NCBI GenBank assembly: GCA_051002895.1 | Contig: JBPCLW010000042.1 | Span: 199,015 to 263,014, forward strand | From: Candidatus Dormibacteria bacterium | Lineage (GTDB): Bacteria > Chloroflexota > Dormibacteria > Aeolococcales > Aeolococcaceae | DNA: 64,000 bases | Reading direction: 5' to 3' | Shown: positions 35,722 through 43,050 of the stretch, one piece after another | Layout: each line of letters opens with the position of its first letter | Position numbering within the stretch: position 1 is the first letter of the stretch | Made by a program: the position numbers and the translations under genes | The notes under the pieces: model-generated | What the model saw: the letters and a program-made list of their open reading frames with translations, nothing else | What the model was told of the DNA's origin: nothing | The model's database searches: none

Positions 35722-35789
35722 ATGGGGGCCGTCCCGGCTGCGAAGGGGCTCGCAGCGGCCGAGCCCGACTGGTCGCGCCAAGGAGTGAG

Positions 35790-35861
35790 TTGCGGCGGTT
35801 GGATTCGAACCAACGACCTTCGGGTTATGAGCCCGACGAGCTTCCACTGCTCCACGCCGCC
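35790..35861 (-). tRNA. tRNA-fMet (CAT), initiator
   Basis: TCGGG-CTCATAA-CCCGA anticodon arm with three G-C pairs, A11-U24, 1-72 mismatch (G/A). Confidence 0.93.
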
Positions 35862-35894
35862 TCGCCAGTTTAGCGAAGCGGCCGTCGCCGAGGC

Positions 35895-36344
35895 TCAGTG
35901 GGGAAGGACGAGCGGAGGAATCGTCGGCGTGGGACTGGGGGGGGTAGGAGTGCTGCCGACGGGGGGCGCCGAGGTCGGCGTCGGCGTGGGTGAATACACC
36001 GGGAGTTTGGCATCCACTCCGCCCTTTCCTGGGTTACTGGCCCCGGGCCTGATGACGTAGACGGTCTCACCGGGGAGTACGTAGCCGAGCTTGCGAGCCT
36101 GCTCCTCGAGCCAGGCCTTGGTCTGTGCCTGAGCGATCTCCCGGCGACGATCATCGATCTGCTGCTGCAGCACCCCGTTGCCGTTGCGCAAGTGAGTCAC
36201 CTGGCTGTCGAGAGCGTGGCTCTGAGCACTGGCGCTGTACACCGCAAAGGCGATCCAGCCGCAGATCGCTGCAACGATGCACGCAAGGATGCGGCGCGCC
36301 GCTGCGGGGCGGGAGATCGCGGAGGCGGGGCGGCTGCGAATCAT
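35895..36344 (-). CDS. Septum formation initiator family (DivIC/FtsB-like)
   Basis: TM helix, coiled coil, LEEQARKLGYVLPGETVY motif, Pro/Thr tail. Confidence 0.85.
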   Translation of the reverse strand: MIRSRPASAISRPAAARRILACIVAAICGWIAFAVYSASAQSHALDSQVTHLRNGNGVLQQQIDDRRREIAQAQTKAWLEEQARKLGYVLPGETVYVIRPGASNPGKGGVDAKLPVYSPTPTPTSAPPVGSTPTPPSPTPTIPPLVLPH

Positions 36345-36474
36345 GTCGGCCCTCAGAGAAGACGTGTGCAGGGGTCGGCCGGATGGAGGCATAGCATGAG
36401 GGTTGTTGCCGAAGTTGACAACAGCTTGCGCACTAGGTCAGCGAGAACAGTACTGCGAATGCGGTCGTTGAAGG

Positions 36475-37371
36475 TCAACGTGGCTCCATGACTTCCTCAT
36501 GCTTGGTCGCATCCCAGCGCCGGCGCCACTCCTCGGCACTGAGGTCATGAAGGTCCGTCGCATCGGCTCGAGCCTGCTGCTCCAAAGCGCGAAAGCGCGC
36601 CGCGAAGTCTTCGCTGCGTCCCCGCAGCGCGTCCTCGGGATTCACCCGGAGCCGCCGGGAGAGGGCCACCATGGCGAAGAGCAGATCGCCGACCGCCGCC
36701 TCGATCTCCCGTGCCGGCTGCGGCGGTGGGGGGGCATGACCGCGGCTCGTCGGGGCCGAGCGGCGCTCCCCTTCGGTCGCGGTCCAATCGGCGCCGCGGG
36801 GCGCTGGCAGTGCTGATGGCATCACCTCGCGCAGACGCCGCAGAGCGGCATCGATCCAGGCGAGAGCGCTCTCCGCCGTGGGGCTTTCGTCGAATCCGAG
36901 ACGCGCCGGACGCTTCTGGACGCCCTGAGCATGGGCCAGGGCAGGCAGCGCGTGGGGGACGCCATCGAGCACCGACAGCCTCTCCCCTTTCTCTGTGCGC
37001 TTCAGTCTCTCCCAGTTGACCACCACGTCGGCGGCACCCTCGACCCTGAGATCGCCGAAGACATGAGGATGGCGATGAATCATCTTCAGCCGCGTCGTCT
37101 CGGCGACATCACCGATGTCGAAGGGCTCGCCACTCCCCGCGGCAATCGCCGCGTGCATGAGAACCTGCAGAAGAACATCACCGAGCTCCTCGCGAAGCAG
37201 GGCACTTCCGCCCTGGTCGATGGCCTCGAGCAGTTCGTACGTCTCCTCGAGCAGATACGGGCGCAGGCTGCGATGGGTCTGCTCGTGATCCCAGGGGCAG
37301 CCGCCTGGTGCCCGGAGACGGTCGACGACCTCGATGAGGTTCCGTAGGGACTGGGCTGCTTGATCGCGCAT
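36475..37371 (-). CDS. mazG: Nucleoside triphosphate pyrophosphohydrolase MazG
   Basis: LR.PGGCPWD.EQT, EETYE, EELGD, RHPHVF, WE..K..E; follows mfd. Confidence 0.94.
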   Translation of the reverse strand: MRDQAAQSLRNLIEVVDRLRAPGGCPWDHEQTHRSLRPYLLEETYELLEAIDQGGSALLREELGDVLLQVLMHAAIAAGSGEPFDIGDVAETTRLKMIHRHPHVFGDLRVEGAADVVVNWERLKRTEKGERLSVLDGVPHALPALAHAQGVQKRPARLGFDESPTAESALAWIDAALRRLREVMPSALPAPRGADWTATEGERRSAPTSRGHAPPPPQPAREIEAAVGDLLFAMVALSRRLRVNPEDALRGRSEDFAARFRALEQQARADATDLHDLSAEEWRRRWDATKHEEVMEPR

Positions 37372-37494
37372 TGTCGAACTGTCGCAGATGGGTCCCCGCC
37401 GGCGGGCGTCTCGAGCACGGCAGAATCGGCTGATGTCAAGCCAGGACGAGGTCGAGGCTCACGTCTCCGATCGACTGCGGCGGATGCTGGGACG

Positions 37495-40400
37495 CTACGT
37501 TGCCGCACCCGCGGGGACCCTCTCGCGGACGCGAGCGAGGCGACCAAGTTCGCGGAGCACGCGCATGAGCATCTCCTGCCACTCCCCATCGACGCGCCGG
37601 CCCGGCGGCGGGATGACGTAGAGCCGCGACGGTGAGCTGCTGACATAGGCGCGGTACTGGCGGGCCACGGATTCCAGATCGACGCCGTGGGCCAGCGGCA
37701 TCTGCACCACGACGCCTCCGCGGGCGCTCTCCACGGCGGTGACGCCGGCGGCGGAGGCGAGCAGGCGCACCCGCAGTGAGGCGATGAGCGCCTCGGTCTC
37801 GGCGGGCAGTGCGCCGAAGCGATCCACCAGACCCCGGGCTGACTTGTCGAGCTCGCTCTCGCTGGCACAGGCTGCCAGCTCCTGGTAGCAGCGCAGCCGC
37901 AGGGTCTCGTCGTCGATGTAGTGCGCGGGCAGAAAGGCGGGGATGGGCAGGGCAACCGTGACCTGCGAGGGCGCTTCGACGAGGGGCTTACCCTGGAGCG
38001 CGGTCACCGCCTGGCGGAGCAGGTGGTTGTAGAGCTCCAGGCCCACCGAGGCGATCTCCCCATGCTGCTCCTCACCGAGCAGGTTTCCCGCACCGCGAAT
38101 CTCCAGGTCGCGCATCGCCAGCTTGAATCCGGCGCCGAGATCCTGGAGTTCGCCGATGACCTCCAGACGCTTGTCGGCACGCTCGGTGAGAGCCTTGTCC
38201 GCCGGGTAGAGGAGGTACGCGTAGGCTCGCTGCCCGGAGCGACCAACGCGACCGCGCAGTTGGTAGAGCTGGGCGAGGCCCAGACGATGAGCGTCGTTGA
38301 TGACGATGGTGTTGGCGTTGGGGATGTCGAGCCCGGACTCGATGATGGTGGTGCAGGCAAGGACATCGACCCCCCCCTCGATGAAGCGGTTCATCACCGC
38401 GGCCAGCAGGTCCTCGTGCATCTGCCCGTGAGCGAGCGCGACCTCCGCCTCGGGGGCGAGACGGCGCAGCCACTCACCCTCGCGCTGCAGGGACTGCACG
38501 CGGTTGTGCACATAGAAGACCTGCCCCCCGCGGGCCAACTCGCGAGTGATGACCTCGCGCACCAGGTCGTCCTCTCGCGCGGTGACGTACGTCTTGATCG
38601 GCTGCCGCTCCTCGGGCGGTGTCTGGATCACGGAGAGATCGCGAATGCCCGCCAGCGACATGTGCAGGGTCCGGGGGATCGGCGTCGCCGAGAGGGAGAG
38701 GACATCAACGGCGACCCGGAGTTGCTTGAAGCGCTCCTTCTGGAGAACGCCGAAGCGCTGCTCCTCGTCGATGACGACCAGCCCGAGGTTCTTGAACTCC
38801 ACACCCTTCTGAAGCAGGCGGTGGGTGCCCACGACGATGTCAACGGTTCCCATCCTCAGGCCGAGGAGCGTGTCCCGCGCCTCCTCCTCGCTGCAGAAGC
38901 GCGAGAGCTGCCGGACGGTCAGCGGGAAGGCGCGGAGACGCTCGACAAAGGTGAGGAAATGCTGCTGGCAGAGGACCGTCGTGGGCACGAGCACGGCAAC
39001 CTGGCGGCCCTCGGTGATGGCTTTGAAGGCCGCTCGCAGCGCCAACTCGGTCTTGCCGAATCCCACGTCGCCGCAGACCACGCGGTCCATCGGCTTCGAC
39101 GCCTCCATGTCGCGCTTGATCTCCTCGAGCACCATGAGTTGGTCGGGGGTCTCCTCGAAAGCGAAGGAGCGCTCCAGTTCGTGCTGCCAGTCGGAGTCGG
39201 GGCCGTACGCGTGGCCTTCCGCCATCTCACGCTGGGAGTAGAGGCCAATGAGTTCACGGGCGACCTCCTCGGTGCGCTCCTTGACGCGACGCTTGGTCCG
39301 CTCCCACTCCCCGGTGCCAAGACGCGAGAGTGTCGGGGTGGTGCCTGCGCCGCCTACGTAACGGTCAACTCTGTCTAGATGTGCGACTGGTACGAAGAGA
39401 CGGTCGCTATCGCCGTACTCGAGGATCATGTACTCGTGGGTGGCGCCGGAATCGTCGTCGACCTTGCGCATCTCCACGAACCGACCGATGCCGTGATCAC
39501 GGTGAACCACCACATCGCCGGGCGAGAACTCCAGGGTGAATGCCTGGGCCGCAGCGCGACCGGTGGCAGCGCTGCGGGCTCCACGTGCCGATGTCGAGAG
39601 CGCCCGACGGCTGCCCCGGGCGAGCCCGGAGCGGCGGCGCTTGCCGATCCCGAACAGTTCCTGATCCGTCCAGATCGCCACTCCCAGCGAGGGGGCGAGC
39701 AACCCGCCGCTCAATTCGCCCTCGACCACTCGGAGGGTTCCTGGCGCCAGGTTCGCGGTGAGCAGTTCATCGATCTCTCCTGAGGGGAGGCCCTGTTCCT
39801 CGCAGAGTTCCTCGACACGATGCTGCTGGCGGGTCACCGCAATCGCGGTACCCCCGGCCTCCATCTCGCGCCGCATCGCAGCGGCGCTGGCGGAGAAGCG
39901 ACCGGGAAGCGCCTCGACGCCGCGCCAGCCGAGGTCGTGAGCCGCCTCCTTCAAGGCATCGCGCATCAGTGCTACACCGCCGACAAGGCGCTCCGCCAGC
40001 CACTCACAACTGCGAGTTCCGTTCCAGGCGCCGGCGGGGAGTTCACCGCGAGCCTCCTCCTGCCGGTGCAAATTCTCCAGCTCGTCGGCATTGCGGCGGG
40101 CGGCGCGCAGCAGCGCCTCGCCCCCTCCCGCGCAGAGGACGATGACATCGTCGCCGAGATGATCGAACAGTGTCGGGGGATCCTCACCGGCGAGGTAGGG
40201 AAAGAAGAGGTCGACCCCCTCGTCGTAGGTTCCCATCTCCAACTGGGCACGATCACGCTCCCAGGCCTCGCGGACGTCAGGCCGGCAGGCGCCGACGTCA
40301 AGTTCCTCGAGGTAGCCCAATGCCGACCGCACATTCTCCTCGCGAAGATCGAGCTCGCGCGCCGGCCGTATCTCGACAGCGTCCAGCTTGGCGACCGATA

Positions 40401-41016
40401 CCTGGGTATCGACATCGAACAGACGGATCTCATCAACGTCGTCGCCGAACCACTCAGCGCGCCACGGCCGGCTGCGGTCGAGGCCATAGACATCGACGAT
40501 GCCACCGCGCACGGCGAAGTCACCCGCGCTCGACACCGCACTGACGTGGCGATAACCCATGGCAACCAGCTGGTGCAAGAGAACGTCGCGGTCAACATGC
40601 TGACCGCGCTCGATACGCAGTGTGGCGTCGGCAAGCGCCACCCGCGCCAGTGTCGGCCGCAGCAGTCCTTGCGGCGACGCCACCACGAGAAGCGGCGAAT
40701 CGTCACTGCAGAGCCCCAGTGTGCGCACGCGGCGGCGGGTGACCTCTTCGGAGGGCGGCACGCGGTCGAATCCGGGGGTGTCGGCCGACGGCCATTCCCC
40801 GAGACGATCGTCCCCACCGAGCAATCGGGCGTCGGCTGCATGCGCCTCAGAGTCCGCACTCACCAGCAGCACTCGCCGCCTCTTGCGCTCGCGGAGCCAG
40901 ACGGCAAGCACCGCCATGGCCCCGGTGGGCACGCCGCCGAGTTCGACGCCGCGACGCTCCAGCGCAGCCGCCAAGCCCGGGGTGGTGTCGAGGCGGGTGA
41001 GCAGCGTGTCAGGCAC
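37495..41016 (-). CDS. mfd: Transcription-repair coupling factor
   Basis: VRGGIVD, VVH.DHGIG, GDVGFGKTE, DEEQRFG, QLYQLRGRVGR, DLEIRGAGNLLG. Confidence 0.98.
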   Translation of the reverse strand: MPDTLLTRLDTTPGLAAALERRGVELGGVPTGAMAVLAVWLRERKRRRVLLVSADSEAHAADARLLGGDDRLGEWPSADTPGFDRVPPSEEVTRRRVRTLGLCSDDSPLLVVASPQGLLRPTLARVALADATLRIERGQHVDRDVLLHQLVAMGYRHVSAVSSAGDFAVRGGIVDVYGLDRSRPWRAEWFGDDVDEIRLFDVDTQVSVAKLDAVEIRPARELDLREENVRSALGYLEELDVGACRPDVREAWERDRAQLEMGTYDEGVDLFFPYLAGEDPPTLFDHLGDDVIVLCAGGGEALLRAARRNADELENLHRQEEARGELPAGAWNGTRSCEWLAERLVGGVALMRDALKEAAHDLGWRGVEALPGRFSASAAAMRREMEAGGTAIAVTRQQHRVEELCEEQGLPSGEIDELLTANLAPGTLRVVEGELSGGLLAPSLGVAIWTDQELFGIGKRRRSGLARGSRRALSTSARGARSAATGRAAAQAFTLEFSPGDVVVHRDHGIGRFVEMRKVDDDSGATHEYMILEYGDSDRLFVPVAHLDRVDRYVGGAGTTPTLSRLGTGEWERTKRRVKERTEEVARELIGLYSQREMAEGHAYGPDSDWQHELERSFAFEETPDQLMVLEEIKRDMEASKPMDRVVCGDVGFGKTELALRAAFKAITEGRQVAVLVPTTVLCQQHFLTFVERLRAFPLTVRQLSRFCSEEEARDTLLGLRMGTVDIVVGTHRLLQKGVEFKNLGLVVIDEEQRFGVLQKERFKQLRVAVDVLSLSATPIPRTLHMSLAGIRDLSVIQTPPEERQPIKTYVTAREDDLVREVITRELARGGQVFYVHNRVQSLQREGEWLRRLAPEAEVALAHGQMHEDLLAAVMNRFIEGGVDVLACTTIIESGLDIPNANTIVINDAHRLGLAQLYQLRGRVGRSGQRAYAYLLYPADKALTERADKRLEVIGELQDLGAGFKLAMRDLEIRGAGNLLGEEQHGEIASVGLELYNHLLRQAVTALQGKPLVEAPSQVTVALPIPAFLPAHYIDDETLRLRCYQELAACASESELDKSARGLVDRFGALPAETEALIASLRVRLLASAAGVTAVESARGGVVVQMPLAHGVDLESVARQYRAYVSSSPSRLYVIPPPGRRVDGEWQEMLMRVLRELGRLARVRERVPAGAAT

Positions 41017-41626
41017 GCGGCTTCACCTCGGGGATGCCTCCCTCGCTCGGCGAGGTCGGCGCTCGATTGAACTCCGCAGCAGCAGGCTCGAGGCCGAACC
41101 TGACGATGGCGATGACCGCCGCGGCGGCGCGCTGTACGACGTTATCGACGGCGGGGCGCTCCTCATGCCGGAAACGGTGGAGCACGTGGTCGACGGTGTC
41201 CTCACCCGCCGCAGGCCGGCTGACACCGACACGCACGCGCATGAACTCCGGCGTCTGCCACGAGCGAATCAGCGAGTCCACGCCCTTCTGCCCCCCGGCA
41301 GAACCGCCGCGACGCAGCCGCAGCCGCCCCAGCGGGAGATCGACATCATCGTGGATCACGATGGTGTCGTCGGGTCGGACTGCAAATGCACGGATGAGGT
41401 GAACTCCGGCTCGACCCGAGAGGTTCATGAAGGTCTTGGGTCTGGCGGTCACCAGGTCGTAGCCCTCTACCGCACCAATCCGCACCTTGGCCGGACCCTC
41501 ATTCCGGGGCGCGGCGAAACGGCCGCGACTCTCCAGCGCATCGAGGACCATCCAGCCCATGTTGTGGCGGGTGTTCCGGTACTCGCCTCCGGGGTTGCCA
41601 AGACCGATGACGAGCGTCGCCATCAC
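41009..41626 (-). CDS. pth: Peptidyl-tRNA hydrolase
   Basis: GLGNPG..Y..TRHN.G, TFMNLSG, HDD.DL. Confidence 0.95.
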   Translation of the reverse strand: MMATLVIGLGNPGGEYRNTRHNMGWMVLDALESRGRFAAPRNEGPAKVRIGAVEGYDLVTARPKTFMNLSGRAGVHLIRAFAVRPDDTIVIHDDVDLPLGRLRLRRGGSAGGQKGVDSLIRSWQTPEFMRVRVGVSRPAAGEDTVDHVLHRFRHEERPAVDNVVQRAAAAVIAIVRFGLEPAAAEFNRAPTSPSEGGIPEVKPRA

Positions 41627-42063
41627 GGTGCTGCAAGGACGGGAACGTCGTCGCCGGGGAGCAGACGCTGGGTCTCCGTGGTCATCGCCGCGGCACCCAC
41701 CGCATCCTCGTGGTCGTGTCCCAGACAGTGGAGCAGGCCATGGATGGCGAGGAGCCGAAGCTCGGCGGCGGGATCGTCGGCTCGCTGCAACCGAGCCCGT
41801 GGAACTGAGATGGCGATGTCTCCGACCCAGCCGGGGTCATCGCCGACGAAGGCAAGGACGTCGGTGACAGCGTCGGTGCCGCGGTGGGCGCGGTTGAGGT
41901 GGTGGAGCTCATGATCGTCGGTGAGACGCACCGCGAGACCGGCGCGCGCAGACACGCCGAGCGCATCTCCGGCGCCCCGCAGGAGGGGCCCGAGCGCCGC
42001 GCGGCGTACCAACGTGCGTTCGTCGGCGGCGAGTGTCTCGCCGCGGTGCAGGGTGACGCGCAT
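41623..42063 (-). CDS. ybeY: Endoribonuclease YbeY
   Basis: LN..HRG....TDVL.F, GDIAIS, HGLLHCLGHDH. Confidence 0.93.
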   Translation of the reverse strand: MRVTLHRGETLAADERTLVRRAALGPLLRGAGDALGVSARAGLAVRLTDDHELHHLNRAHRGTDAVTDVLAFVGDDPGWVGDIAISVPRARLQRADDPAAELRLLAIHGLLHCLGHDHEDAVGAAAMTTETQRLLPGDDVPVLAAP

Positions 42064-42074
42064 CTCAATGCATG

Positions 42075-42100
42075 AAAAAGGGCCCGCCGAACCGGGCCCT
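42075..42100 (-). terminator. Rho-independent terminator/attenuator between rpsU and ybeY
   Basis: Minus strand AGGGCCCG-GTTCGG-CGGGCCCT followed by TTTT. Confidence 0.75.
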
Positions 42101-42122
42101 CTGATTGTGAGCGAACGAACTC

Positions 42123-42305
42123 TCAGCCGGACTTGGCGCGTCGCTTCTTAGCGGCGACCAGCTTGCGCTTGCGGCGGATCGACGGCTTCTCGTAGTGCTC
42201 GCGGCGACGAACTTCCGAGAGAACCCCGTTCTGCTTGATCTTCTTGTTGAAGCGCCGCAGGGCGCTCTCAAAGGTCTCGCCCTCGCGGACCTTCACCTCC
42301 GACAC
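42123..42305 (-). CDS. rpsU: 30S ribosomal protein S21
   Basis: [24 protein letters not shown]; AAGGAGG SD. Confidence 0.97.
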   Translation of the reverse strand: MSEVKVREGETFESALRRFNKKIKQNGVLSEVRRREHYEKPSIRRKRKLVAAKKRRAKSG

Positions 42306-42437
42306 AGTGAGTGCTCACCTCCTTCGCGCCGCACCCGCGGCGTGGTTCTCTGGGCGCCCTCGCACCACTGGCACGACCGGCACGGTCCAGAGTAGCAGCC
42401 CGTGTGGGCGCGGGGGCGTCGCCGGGCACCCACTAGC

Positions 42438-42914
42438 TCACTCGAAGGGATTCTCCGCCGGGGCCAGGGCGACATTGACAACTGCCGGCCTGCAGGGATC
42501 GCGGCGAATGTGCCCGTCACGATTGCTGACCTCGACCCAATGTTCCTGGGAGCCGAGGGTGTGGCGCTCAAAGAAGCGCGCCTGCGAGTGCGGCAGTGAC
42601 ACGAGGAACCTCATGACTGCGTGTTCGGAGAGATACTCCAACGGCAACGGCGAGTTACTGCCCTCCTCAAACACAATCACCGGCCCCTTGAAGCCGCGGA
42701 AGATGTGCAGTTCGTACTCGCCGATGAGGGTGCCCTCATGGCGGACCTGGTGCACGCTGAAGTGGACCTCGCTGGGCAGATTCACGCTGATCGCTGCCGC
42801 AGAAGGCACAGTTTGGGGGCGGGGTTGGGACGGTCCGCGGACGATCCCCTGAAGGGGCTCGGACTCAAACGAGGCAAGATGACTATCAAGGTTTGTCCGT
42901 GTGCGAGAGTCCAT
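42438..42914 (-). CDS. Hypothetical protein
   Basis: 158 aa ORF filling the gap; TAGTCT hexamer 8 nt upstream of ATG; no recognised family. Confidence 0.65.
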   Translation of the reverse strand: MDSRTRTNLDSHLASFESEPLQGIVRGPSQPRPQTVPSAAAISVNLPSEVHFSVHQVRHEGTLIGEYELHIFRGFKGPVIVFEEGSNSPLPLEYLSEHAVMRFLVSLPHSQARFFERHTLGSQEHWVEVSNRDGHIRRDPCRPAVVNVALAPAENPFE

Positions 42915-43013
42915 CTCGGCTGAGACTAGGGATGCGCGGCGGACATGGAACGGACGATGAAGGCAGAAGCCTGTTCAGACTTCGTTCGAGAGTGGCGCTC
43001 GGGTTCTCCAGTG

Positions 43014-43027
43014 CGAACGGATGTGCG
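43014..43027. promoter_or_regulatory. Possible LexA (SOS) box
   Basis: CGAACGGATGTGCG, one mismatch to CGAAC-N4-GTTCG, just upstream of the helicase -10 (TACACT 43038-43043). Confidence 0.4.
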
Positions 43028-43050
43028 AAGCACACGATACACTTGAGGCC

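Noticed and set aside
35590-35847. N-terminal extension of the tilS ORF
   Set aside because: It runs through two tRNA genes; chance open frame
35895-36000. Pro/Thr/Ser repeats at the DivIC-like and UPF0182 C-termini
   Set aside because: Ordinary low-complexity extracytoplasmic linkers, not a DNA repeat family
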